Of a DNA stretch of 64,000 nt, positions 14,824-23,810 are shown one piece after another (within the stretch, counting starts at the first letter, position 1; each line of letters begins with the position of its first letter). The notes under the pieces are model-generated. The model was not told where the DNA came from, did no database searches, and saw nothing but the letters and a program-made list of their open reading frames with translations. This DNA comes from a virus (lineage: Duplodnaviria > Caudoviricetes): IMG/VR virus record IMGVR_UViG_3300032243_000867, positions 128,001 through 192,000 of that record, one strand, 5' to 3'. The translations under genes were made by a program, and so were the position numbers.

Positions 14824-17800
14824 ATGCCTAGCGTTCTCACGGGCGGATACGCGCCCCCCGGCGTGTACACTCAGACCTTCTTCGGCACCCCTCCTCAGAT
14901 CCCGGTCGTTCCTCCGCTGGTCCCGCTGTTCATCGGGACGGGCTCGGAGATTCTCTCCCAGACGAACCTCGCCGTGGTGCGCGGTAGTTCGGCCTCGGTC
15001 GATCAACAGATCGTCAACGAGGACGAAGCGGGCCGCGCCGTGGTGTACGTTGCTCCCAGCGGCGCGATCACCCTCGGAGCCTTCGACGGAACCGTCAACA
15101 AGTTTCAGGTCAAGAACTACCCCGTGGTCAACGGGGACGGTTCGGGCACGACAACGACGGACACCTCTTCTCTCTCCGTGACCATCAACGGCGAGCCCAC
15201 GGTTGTGCTCGGCCTCAACGGCACGACGGGCGTGGTGGAGATTTCCGACTACCCCGCCCCCACGGACCTCGTTCTCTGCACCTACTACTTCAAGCGCACG
15301 GACACGCGGGTGACCGACGACGTGTCGGCGCAGGTGACATCTACCGCTGCGATTCTCAACGGGCGCGTCGGAGAGAGCTTCACCTTCGCCTCGGGCTCCA
15401 ACCAGTTCACCCTCTCCGTGGACGGCCTCGCTTCGGTGACGGTGCCCTTTCCCGTCGGCACGTTCGCCGCTGCGGTGGTTGCGGCGACGCTGAACGGGAC
15501 GGCGGGCCTCGGTTCGCTCGTGGCCTCAACCTTCGTGAACAACCTCGGGGCGGTGTGTGTCCGTCTCTCTGCCGACAAGTCCCTCACCATCGGCAGCGGC
15601 AACGCCAACGGCGTGATCGGTTTCGTTGCAGGCGACGCGACCACCCGCAACCGCACGTTCTACACGTTCAACGGCCCCATCGTGAACGGGAACAACGGCG
15701 GTATCACCACCACCAACCCGTCAGACGTGGTGGTGAAGGTGAACGGCGTGGTTGTGACCCCCTCGTCGGTCAACGGTCGCACCCGTGCGGTGACGCTTCC
15801 CTACGCCCCGGCAAAGGGAAGCACCGTCACCATTCAGTATTACTTCAACGCATGGCAGGATACGTTCGATTACCTCGCCAACACGGGCGTGACTGCCATC
15901 ACCCGTGCAGCCGTCACCCCCAACAGCAACGGCGCGGGCGTGTACGTTCAGGGCGCGGACTACGTCCTAAAGAACGACACCATCGTCTGGGGCACTGCGG
16001 TCCTCGTCAACTCGGGCCTCCACACGGAGGGCTTCGCTACCTTCGGTAGTTCGCAAATCTCCGCTATGCTGGTGGACAACCAGGCGTTCATGGCGGAGTG
16101 TAGCGCCGTGGTGAACACGACGGGGACCGTCTCCGTCGAGTCCCGTACGCAGTTCCAGCTTCCGTACCAGCCCACGACGGGCAACGGGCGCGGCAACCCG
16201 CTCGGGAGCACCCAATACCAGATCATCTCCAACGGTCGCATCGACCTCCCTACGGACCAGCCGGAACTCGTGACGGCGTACTGGGGGTTCGGCGTCGCGG
16301 ACGCGATGGAACGCGGCCCTGTCACGGTCATCAAGGTGGATAGCGACTCCAGCACGATCACTCTCGCGGGTGAGGTGCCGGAAGGCGCGACTGTCTACGC
16401 CAGCTTCTATTACAACACCCTCACCGACCAAGCCTTCATCGGATCGTCGCGCGGATTCACCCTCACCAACGTGTCCGCGGGCACGTCGGGCGTAGGCACC
16501 TACTCGATCACCGATGGCAACAACCTCCCCGTGTACGGGGTGACGTATCTCGGCAAGGGTACTTCCCTCAACTCCATCGAAGTGGTGTTTCCCTCGGGCT
16601 CGGAGTTCCTCTCCGATGCCCGTCTGGAGAACGGCACCCCGACGCTGGAGACGGTCACGGTCGAGTTCGCCTCGACGGACGAAACCCCCGCCCGGTTCAC
16701 CCTTTCCGGCGCGGGTTCGTACAACACCATCGCGGGGGAGTCCAGCAACCTCGCGCTGAAGATCGACGGCTCGCTCCTCGCGGGCAGCGCCCTCAACCTC
16801 ACCGTGCCCTCGGGCGGCACCCGTGGCGGAGCGTTCGCCAGCATCGTCAGCGACGAGATCCCCTACACGGCGGCGTCGGGCGGCACATCCTACGTCATCA
16901 CGGCAGGGGTCAACGACACCGTGTCCCTTCTCGTGGACGGCGTGAGCCTCACGGCCACGGCGGGCGCGGGCGGCACCCAAGACGCTGCCGACTTCGTGAA
17001 CGCCATCAACGCGGAGTCGGTCGCGGGCGGCAACGAGCCCTACTTCGACTCGGCGGGCGCGTTCCCCTCGGGCTTCACCGTCACGTTGGGCCTGTACGAC
17101 CGGATCGTGTTTCGTTACACGGGCGACGTGTCGGGCTCCTCGGGTAGCCTCACGGCGACCCTCACCCCCATCCCCGGAGCGTACACGGCGGCGACTCTCG
17201 CAACGGAAGTCGAGGCCCAGCTTGCGGCGCAGATCGGGACTCTCGGCGGGGCGTTCGCGGGACTCGCGGTGGCGGTGGACGCCACGGCGACGAGCGCCCT
17301 GCGCTTCACGCTCACCAAGGCCACGGGCGATGCCTCGGGCTACTTGGAGTTCGTGACGGGGGGCACCCCGGCGCGGGACTTCTGCATCGTCGCGGGCATC
17401 AGCACGGCGGCGGCAAGCGGCGACGGGACCAAGCTCTACCACGGTCCTATCGCCGTTCACTACACGGTGACGACTGCGGCGGGCCGCATCCCCTACGACC
17501 GGATTGCCCTCCGCAACCGCATCTTCCCCGGTGCGGGCTCCCTCGCTCCGTTCAACGCCCTGTCGCAGTGCGTCCTGCAATCGCAGGGCGGCAATGGCTC
17601 GGCGCTCGCGGGTCTGCCCTCGACCCTGTCTGGCTCGGCGGCGTACACGGGCTGCGCTCTCGGCCCGAACCTCTTGGGCAACACGGGTTGGTCGGGTCAG
17701 ATCGCGGCGGCGACTTTCGGCGACGCCCGTGACGGTCAGCCCTCGGTGACTTTCTACGACGGGACGGACCCTCTCTATCCCGCCAACAACGTGTTCAAGC

Positions 17801-19773
17801 TCACGGTGAACGGCACCCTCATCACGGTGGTGTTCGCGGCCTCCGCCACGGGCACGGTGACGGCGGTGGGTCCGAACATCGCGGGCTCGGTCCTCGACGC
17901 CCTCAACACGGCGCTCGGTTCTGCCCCCGGCTCGGTGAGCGCGACCCAAGAAGGCGCGAGCATCCGCATCTACGCCTCGGGCACGGCGAACCTCTCGCAG
18001 AGCGCGGCGCTCATCGTCGGTGACGGCAACGCGAACTCGGTCCTCGGATTCTCGTCGGGCACCATCGCCTCGGTGAACCCGATCACGGCGAAGCAGCTTG
18101 CGTCGGCACTCATGTCGAACGTCAACAACACGGACTTCGTGAACTGGCTGCACGACCCCACGGTTTCCTCGACGGGGTACTTCCAAGGGGAAGCCCTCGC
18201 CAGCACGGTGACGAGCGCCACGAATCAGTCGTACCTGTACGTTCAGAGCCGCGCCAACGCAGGTCTGGGCACGGCGTCCAGCATCCAGTTCCAAGATGCC
18301 GCCGCGAGCAACGCCCTTCGCACGGGCAGCGGCCTCGGCGTGGTCGCGGGCGACGGTTCGAGCGGCGAAGCGGCCATCAACGGCTTCTTCGTCACCTCCT
18401 CCGATCCCACCTCGGGCTCGGGTAGCGCGAACACCTCGGTGTTCAACTCGGGCGTCGGTCAGGACGGCATCATCGGCCAGACCTACGTCGATGACGCGAC
18501 GGGCCTCACCTTCACGGTGCTCCCGCGTGCGGGGGGGCTCCAGTACCCCACGGGAGGGTCGGCCACCCTCACGTTCCGTTCGAGCACGACCTTCGTGACG
18601 GACGCCAACATCCCGACGCTGGCCATCCCCGGCCTTGATCTCACCGTGAGCAACACGGCGGGCGTCGCGGTGGGCGACACGGCGCTGGTGGAGACGTTCA
18701 AACGCGGTGGGGCGGAACCCGGCATCGGGGAGCTCTACTACGTCAGCTACAACTACGCCAAGACGGACTTCAGCCCCAAGCTGTTCGCCCGTCTTCAGGA
18801 CGTAGTGAACGAGTACGGGGTCGTCTCCCCCGACAACCCCCTGTCCCTCGCGGCGTACATCGCCTTCCTCAACGGGTCGTCGGTCGTCGGGTGCATCCAG
18901 GTGCCGAAGACTCCGGGTTCCGCTACGGCGAGCGAAGCCGCGTACCAAGCGGCCATCGACGTGTCCTCGGGCGAGAGCCTTCCGGGCTTTGTCGCCCCGG
19001 CGGTGCTGGTGCTTCTCACCCCGGCAACGGCGAACCTCGTGCGGTACATGACGATCCACTGCGATACGCAGTCGTCCATCCGCTTCAAGGCGGAACGCAC
19101 GGCGATCTTCGGATTCGCAGCGGGCACCCGCATTGACCAGGCCCTCACCCTCGCTCAGTCGGCGGGCGATACCCGCGTGCGCTTCGTGTACCCAGACATC
19201 GCCAGCATCTCGCTGACCGACGCGCTGGGCACGACCCGGAGCTACCTCGTGGACGGGCGCTACCTCGCGGTTGCGGTCGCTGCTTCGACGACCTCCCCGA
19301 TCATCGACCCTGCGACCCCGTGGGAGTCCCGCTCCCTCACCGGGTTCACCTCCCTCAACCGTCGCCTCGACGCGGTTCGCATGAACCAACTCGCGGTGGG
19401 CGGCATCACGGTGCTGGAGAACCGCCCGCCGTTCATCCGCATCCGTCACGGACTCACGTCCGACGTGAGCAACGTGCTCACCAAGACCCCGACCGTCATC
19501 CAGATCGCGGACGAGATTCAGAAGCGCGTTCGCGCGGTCTGCAACCCCTTCATCGGCGCGAAGTTCCTGCCCCAGCTACTGGGGCAGATCGAAGGACGCC
19601 TCTCGGAGATGTTCAAGGTGGCGGTGAACGAGCAGATCATCACCAGCTTCACGAACGTCGCGGTGACGGCGGACCCCACCGACCCCACGGCGATCCTCGT
19701 TTCTGCCTACTACCAGCCCGTTTTCCCGCTTCTCTATGTGCAGATTACCCTGCGCGTCTCCGCTTCTAGCTGA
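14824..19773 (+). CDS. Contractile tail sheath protein, 1649 aa
   Basis: N-terminal YAPPGVYT; C-terminal sheath domain (MNQLAVGGITVLE, IRIRHGLT, EIQKRVRAVCNPFIG, YYQPVFPLLYVQITL); ATG 14824 preferred over track 14785. Confidence 0.9.
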   Translation: MPSVLTGGYAPPGVYTQTFFGTPPQIPVVPPLVPLFIGTGSEILSQTNLAVVRGSSASVDQQIVNEDEAGRAVVYVAPSGAITLGAFDGTVNKFQVKNYPVVNGDGSGTTTTDTSSLSVTINGEPTVVLGLNGTTGVVEISDYPAPTDLVLCTYYFKRTDTRVTDDVSAQVTSTAAILNGRVGESFTFASGSNQFTLSVDGLASVTVPFPVGTFAAAVVAATLNGTAGLGSLVASTFVNNLGAVCVRLSADKSLTIGSGNANGVIGFVAGDATTRNRTFYTFNGPIVNGNNGGITTTNPSDVVVKVNGVVVTPSSVNGRTRAVTLPYAPAKGSTVTIQYYFNAWQDTFDYLANTGVTAITRAAVTPNSNGAGVYVQGADYVLKNDTIVWGTAVLVNSGLHTEGFATFGSSQISAMLVDNQAFMAECSAVVNTTGTVSVESRTQFQLPYQPTTGNGRGNPLGSTQYQIISNGRIDLPTDQPELVTAYWGFGVADAMERGPVTVIKVDSDSSTITLAGEVPEGATVYASFYYNTLTDQAFIGSSRGFTLTNVSAGTSGVGTYSITDGNNLPVYGVTYLGKGTSLNSIEVVFPSGSEFLSDARLENGTPTLETVTVEFASTDETPARFTLSGAGSYNTIAGESSNLALKIDGSLLAGSALNLTVPSGGTRGGAFASIVSDEIPYTAASGGTSYVITAGVNDTVSLLVDGVSLTATAGAGGTQDAADFVNAINAESVAGGNEPYFDSAGAFPSGFTVTLGLYDRIVFRYTGDVSGSSGSLTATLTPIPGAYTAATLATEVEAQLAAQIGTLGGAFAGLAVAVDATATSALRFTLTKATGDASGYLEFVTGGTPARDFCIVAGISTAAASGDGTKLYHGPIAVHYTVTTAAGRIPYDRIALRNRIFPGAGSLAPFNALSQCVLQSQGGNGSALAGLPSTLSGSAAYTGCALGPNLLGNTGWSGQIAAATFGDARDGQPSVTFYDGTDPLYPANNVFKLTVNGTLITVVFAASATGTVTAVGPNIAGSVLDALNTALGSAPGSVSATQEGASIRIYASGTANLSQSAALIVGDGNANSVLGFSSGTIASVNPITAKQLASALMSNVNNTDFVNWLHDPTVSSTGYFQGEALASTVTSATNQSYLYVQSRANAGLGTASSIQFQDAAASNALRTGSGLGVVAGDGSSGEAAINGFFVTSSDPTSGSGSANTSVFNSGVGQDGIIGQTYVDDATGLTFTVLPRAGGLQYPTGGSATLTFRSSTTFVTDANIPTLAIPGLDLTVSNTAGVAVGDTALVETFKRGGAEPGIGELYYVSYNYAKTDFSPKLFARLQDVVNEYGVVSPDNPLSLAAYIAFLNGSSVVGCIQVPKTPGSATASEAAYQAAIDVSSGESLPGFVAPAVLVLLTPATANLVRYMTIHCDTQSSIRFKAERTAIFGFAAGTRIDQALTLAQSAGDTRVRFVYPDIASISLTDALGTTRSYLVDGRYLAVAVAASTTSPIIDPATPWESRSLTGFTSLNRRLDAVRMNQLAVGGITVLENRPPFIRIRHGLTSDVSNVLTKTPTVIQIADEIQKRVRAVCNPFIGAKFLPQLLGQIEGRLSEMFKVAVNEQIITSFTNVAVTADPTDPTAILVSAYYQPVFPLLYVQITLRVSASS

Positions 19774-19808
19774 GATTTCGCGGGTTTAGACCACCTCTTC
19801 GATCACGG

Positions 19809-19837
19809 TTGACGGGAGGTGGGGTTCGTAGTAATGT
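19809..19837 (+). promoter_or_regulatory. Sigma70-like promoter for the zinc-finger gene
   Basis: TTGACG (19809-14), 17-nt spacer, TAATGT (19832-37); inverted repeat CCACCTC (19791-97) / GAGGTGG (19816-22) brackets the -35. Confidence 0.55.
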
Positions 19838-19851
19838 GATACCACCGAACT

Positions 19852-20607
19852 ATGAACCCCACCTGCCCCGTTTGCACGCGCACCTTCACCACCCCCCAAG
19901 GTCTGTCCCACCACTTCCAGCACCGTCGGAAGGACGGCGACGCATCCCACATCGCCTACGAGACGGCTCGGGAGGACGCCCGTTGGTCCGACCTCACGGA
20001 AGGCGCGGACTACGTTCGCTGCTTAGAGTGCGGACATCGCACGGTGACCCTAGCTCGGCATCTCAAGGGCGAGCACGGCATCACCGCCGACCAGTACCGG
20101 GCGAAGTACGGGGAGGGGGTGCCTATCCGTTGCGAGGCCCTCAAGGCAAAGCGCGGCGCGGCAATCTCGGCGCGGCCCATTACCAAGGGCGAGCAGAAGT
20201 CCGTCGTCTGCCCGACGTGCGGCGGAACGTGGGAGGGGTCCAAGTACCTCGGGACGATCCACGACCTCCGGTGTGCCCCGTGCCGGGAGCGAGATTGGGA
20301 GGGGAAGTCCGAGCCCGCCGACTTCGTAACGTGCCGGGTGTGTGGCTACCGGGCCGAGAACCTCACATCCCACGTTCAGAACGAACACCCCACCCTCATC
20401 GGCACCTACCGTGACACCTACCCCGGCGCGGAGCTCGTGGCCCTTCGCAGCCCGGTGAGGGACAAGGCGGCGATCCGTGGCGTGGCCCGAACGCTAGACG
20501 CCTTCGCGCTCTCGGCGTCTTCGCGTGACCGCCCGCCGCGTTTCCCCACCTATACCCTCGGCTACCTTGACGGGGCGTTAGCCGCCCTATCGCCCCAAGA
20601 GAGGTAG
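19852..20607 (+). CDS. Multi-zinc-finger protein with two Ros/MucR-like modules
   Basis: C2H2 CPVC...HHFQH; YVRCLECG...LARHLKGEHGITADQYRAKYG; CPTC..CAPC; FVTCRVCG...LTSHVQNEH. Confidence 0.75.
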   Translation: MNPTCPVCTRTFTTPQGLSHHFQHRRKDGDASHIAYETAREDARWSDLTEGADYVRCLECGHRTVTLARHLKGEHGITADQYRAKYGEGVPIRCEALKAKRGAAISARPITKGEQKSVVCPTCGGTWEGSKYLGTIHDLRCAPCRERDWEGKSEPADFVTCRVCGYRAENLTSHVQNEHPTLIGTYRDTYPGAELVALRSPVRDKAAIRGVARTLDAFALSASSRDRPPRFPTYTLGYLDGALAALSPQER

Positions 20608-20611
20608 ACCT

Positions 20612-21409
20612 ATGGCAACCAACCAAGACACAAACGTATCGAACGGCTCGCAGGGCAGTTCGTACCTGTACAACTACGGCACCTCTCCGAACACTCGTAC
20701 GGCGGTGTCCCAGAAGGTCCGCATTCTCGCGCCCGTCTTCGGGGCTCGGGAGCCCGCCCTCTACCAGATGGGCGTGGTGAGTTCGTTCAGCCCGTCGAAC
20801 AGCCGCACGGTGGAATCAATCCGTGGTATCGGCTACGGCGACAAGATCGCGGAGCTCGTGCCCAGCATCACCGCTGAGGTGACGGCGAGCCTGGAGCGCG
20901 CCCTGTTGTATCTGTCGAACATCTGCCAAGCCGTGGGCTACGCGGGGGGCGTGGACGGCCCGGTGCGCTCCCTCGCCCATCACCGCTGGCCGTTCGACAT
21001 CGAGATGCAGTTGGTGTTCTCGTCCCTCGCGGACCAAGACCTCGGCGTTGCGAACGCGGGCGTGGAACCTCCGGGCCTCCCCTCCACCGGGGGTCAAGGA
21101 ACCAAGCGCGTTCAGTACCCGAACCTCGGTTACAGCACGGGTCCGTATCCGAACCCTCCCGGTCACTCGGCCATCATCACGATGTACGAGGCGTGCTGGA
21201 TGACCTCGTGGGGCGTGTCGGGCTACTCCAAGGACTCGGGCCAGATCATGGAAACCGCTGAAGTCATGGTGTCCGACGTTCACGACTTCGCCTCGCAGTA
21301 CGGCGAGTTCCTGCCCACGGGCAATGACCCCACGGCGGGCCAGCTTGGTTCGATCCGGTACGGGAGTGCTCCCCGCGTCGCTGCCTCCACTGGCGGGGCC
21401 TTCGTCTGA
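20612..21409 (+). CDS. Tail tube protein
   Basis: Follows the sheath; GVVSSFSPSNSRTVESIRGIG, ELVP, WPFDIE, MYEACWMTSWG..YS and METAEV beta-strand pattern of contractile tail tubes. Confidence 0.75.
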   Translation: MATNQDTNVSNGSQGSSYLYNYGTSPNTRTAVSQKVRILAPVFGAREPALYQMGVVSSFSPSNSRTVESIRGIGYGDKIAELVPSITAEVTASLERALLYLSNICQAVGYAGGVDGPVRSLAHHRWPFDIEMQLVFSSLADQDLGVANAGVEPPGLPSTGGQGTKRVQYPNLGYSTGPYPNPPGHSAIITMYEACWMTSWGVSGYSKDSGQIMETAEVMVSDVHDFASQYGEFLPTGNDPTAGQLGSIRYGSAPRVAASTGGAFV

Positions 21410-21439
21410 TCCTGGATCGCCCCTTCTGACGGTAAGGTG

Positions 21440-21480
21440 AGGCGCGGTGCGGGAGGGTTCCCGCCCGCGCCTTTCCTATT
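21440..21480 (+). terminator. Intrinsic terminator-like hairpin after the tube gene
   Basis: AGGCGCGG(T)GCGGGA-GGGT-TCCCGCCCGCGCCT, 14-bp stem with one bulge, followed by TTCCTATT. Confidence 0.6.
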
Positions 21481-21492
21481 GGAGACACCGCC

Positions 21493-22623
21493 GTGACCCT
21501 TTCGATCAAAGACCTTCAGAGCATCATGGCCCCGCTGACGGAACTCGGTCGCGGCGAGGCTACGTTCGAGGTGGGGGGTCTCTCGATCACCCTTCGTACC
21601 CTCACCCCCGAGGAGGAGATCGCGACTCAGCGGTACGCGCGCGGCGCTCTCACGGACGGGGATTCCAACGATCAGATCAACGCCCTGGACTACCTCGACC
21701 GTTTTCGGGCGTCGTGTCTCGGGTACTCAATCGTACAGATCGGGGACACGGACTTCCGGGGGGTGACCACCATCGAGACGGGTGAGAAGCTCCCGAACGG
21801 CGTGGCCGTCAAGGTGAAGAAGCACGAAGCTCTCATGAAGGTGACCGAGTCCTGGTCCCGCGTGATGGTTACCACTCTCTTCCAGCGGTTCACCTCCTTG
21901 ATGGAGAAGGTGGAGTCGGGGATCGAGAAGACCCTGAAGTACGACGACGATCACATCGACGCGGAGATTTCCCGGCTGGAGGAGAAGCTCAACGAGCTCA
22001 AGTCCGCGAAGTCGAAGCGTGACGTATCGAAGTCGGACCCCCGCGACAACGCCCTCAACGTCGCCTCCGAGAAGCCCCTCAAGGCTTCCCCGAAGCCCTC
22101 GGAGCCCGAAGCCCCGGCCCCGAAGGAGACGTGGGAGACGGCGCACGGGAACCGCGCCGCAACCGAGAGCCCGGAGGTTCTGGAGCCCCCGGCGGACATC
22201 CCCCGGTCCCTTGCTTCCGACGACGAAACCGCCCCGGCGAGAGCAGAAGCCCCTACCCCAGCGGCCCGAAAGCCTGTTTTCGGGGATCGCCCGAAGCCCC
22301 GCGAGGTTTCCCCGGCCACGGAGGAAACGGACCCCTTGGAGGGGGTTCAGTCTTCTCTGGTGGATACCAGCGACCCCGCCGTGATCGACGCGGAGAATCG
22401 CCGGTTGATGGCGGAGCGGGCGAAGCGCCTCGCCCCCGTACCGCCCCACATGGCCGCGCGCGAAGTCGCCAAGGCGGTGGAGCAAGCAGGGTCAATCGAC
22501 GGCGTGCCCGTGTTCAAGATGCCCGTTCAGGAGCTCAACCCTGACACGGCCCAGAGGCCCGCTCGCACGCCCCCGCCCGTAGCGAAGTCGAACATCAACC
22601 CCAACTTCCGTCCCGCGAAGTAG
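21493..22623 (+). CDS. Putative tail assembly chaperone with disordered Pro/Glu-rich C-terminus
   Basis: Between tube and tape measure; FEVGGLSITLRTLTPEEE N-terminal domain. Confidence 0.6.
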   Translation: MTLSIKDLQSIMAPLTELGRGEATFEVGGLSITLRTLTPEEEIATQRYARGALTDGDSNDQINALDYLDRFRASCLGYSIVQIGDTDFRGVTTIETGEKLPNGVAVKVKKHEALMKVTESWSRVMVTTLFQRFTSLMEKVESGIEKTLKYDDDHIDAEISRLEEKLNELKSAKSKRDVSKSDPRDNALNVASEKPLKASPKPSEPEAPAPKETWETAHGNRAATESPEVLEPPADIPRSLASDDETAPARAEAPTPAARKPVFGDRPKPREVSPATEETDPLEGVQSSLVDTSDPAVIDAENRRLMAERAKRLAPVPPHMAAREVAKAVEQAGSIDGVPVFKMPVQELNPDTAQRPARTPPPVAKSNINPNFRPAK

Positions 22624-22637
22624 GGGGATGATAAGCC

Positions 22638-23810
22638 GTGACCGAACGCACGGCGATGTACGACGACCTCGTGCGCCTCCTGGTGCCGGGGTTTCTCACC
22701 TGTTCAATTGAGCAGGACGGGCATCGTTTCACCCTCCGGTCCCTCTCCCAAGGCGACCTTCAGTACCTTCGGCAGTTCGTCCGCGACGACGATCACAGTT
22801 GGAGAGTACACCTCGCCGCCCACAGCCTGTGGATGGTGGACGGGTTGCCGTTTCTAGGCAATCCGTTCTCCCATCGCGTCGCCTATGACCTCATCCTTCG
22901 CAGCAACCGCCCTCTTCTATGGGCGATGCTCGGGGCGGCTTACGGGTTCTTCTCTCGGATGCGGGAGGCGAACCGATACCTCGAAGCCTACTTGTATGAG
23001 GACGATTCGCGCCGCCTTTGGAAGAATACGGGAAGCGGTTTGTATTCCCTGCAAAAGATGGCTTCGATACCGGGGGTCGAGTCTCTCGGGATGAACCAGT
23101 GGCAGACTTCGTGGGTGGCGTGGAACCGCCTAGAAGACGAGCGCGACCACCAAGAGTACCTCTGGTCGAACACGAAGGTGCTCGTGTCCCTTCAGTCCCA
23201 CAAGGGCTACGAGAGCCTCAACAACCGTGACCGCCAACGGCACCAGACGGAAGAAGAGCGCCGCGTGGCCGTGCAGGAGCGCGCCGCCCATAGGTTCCAA
23301 TACGGCGATCCCGAGGAGGACCCGACGAAGCCCCCGGCGGAGACGGTGCGGCGGGCGCGCACGAACGACGAGCTAGAAGACGAGATGCGCCGCTGGGTCG
23401 CGGGCGAGCTAGACTGGCACGACCAGATCGTGGAGAACTACAAGAACCGCATCCGAGAGCAGCAAGAGGAACGCGAGCGCCAGAAGGAGGCTATCATGGC
23501 CGAACTTCGGGCACAGCGCGAACAACAGGAGCGGGACCTAGGCGTTCCGAAGCCCGTCCTCCGCGGCATCACCCCAGAGGAGATGGCCCGCATACGGCAG
23601 GAATCTCCCACCACGGGGGCGAAGCACATCGTCGAGGCTGATCCGGTATCCCGTACTTTCAACCGCTATCTACGGCCCGACGTGCAACCCGGAAACCTCA
23701 GCGTAGACGCCGCTGGAAGAATCGTGGAGAAGCCCCCCGCCATTCCCGAACGGGAAGGGGGCTCTCTATCGGACCAAGTAGCATCCCGAAGGGTGGTTCT
23801 CGATGGCTAA
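22638..23810 (+). CDS. Second putative tail assembly chaperone
   Basis: Immediately before the tape measure; FTLRSLSQGD motif echoes the previous gene; charged coiled-coil C-terminal half. Confidence 0.55.
   Translation: MTERTAMYDDLVRLLVPGFLTCSIEQDGHRFTLRSLSQGDLQYLRQFVRDDDHSWRVHLAAHSLWMVDGLPFLGNPFSHRVAYDLILRSNRPLLWAMLGAAYGFFSRMREANRYLEAYLYEDDSRRLWKNTGSGLYSLQKMASIPGVESLGMNQWQTSWVAWNRLEDERDHQEYLWSNTKVLVSLQSHKGYESLNNRDRQRHQTEEERRVAVQERAAHRFQYGDPEEDPTKPPAETVRRARTNDELEDEMRRWVAGELDWHDQIVENYKNRIREQQEERERQKEAIMAELRAQREQQERDLGVPKPVLRGITPEEMARIRQESPTTGAKHIVEADPVSRTFNRYLRPDVQPGNLSVDAAGRIVEKPPAIPEREGGSLSDQVASRRVVLDG

Noticed and set aside
1513-16495. Intragenic class A-like sites at 1513-1519 (GGCGTAA) and 16487-16495 (CGGGCGTAG)
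   Set aside because: Inside coding regions and not at the usual spacing from an intact gene start; probably chance
15967-19449. 1160-aa antisense ORF opposite the sheath
   Set aside because: Same shadow effect; R/G/A-rich with no domain
22560-22640. Programmed G/GT-type frameshift between tail chaperones
   Set aside because: No X XXY YYZ slippery heptamer before the first stop; the second gene has its own start
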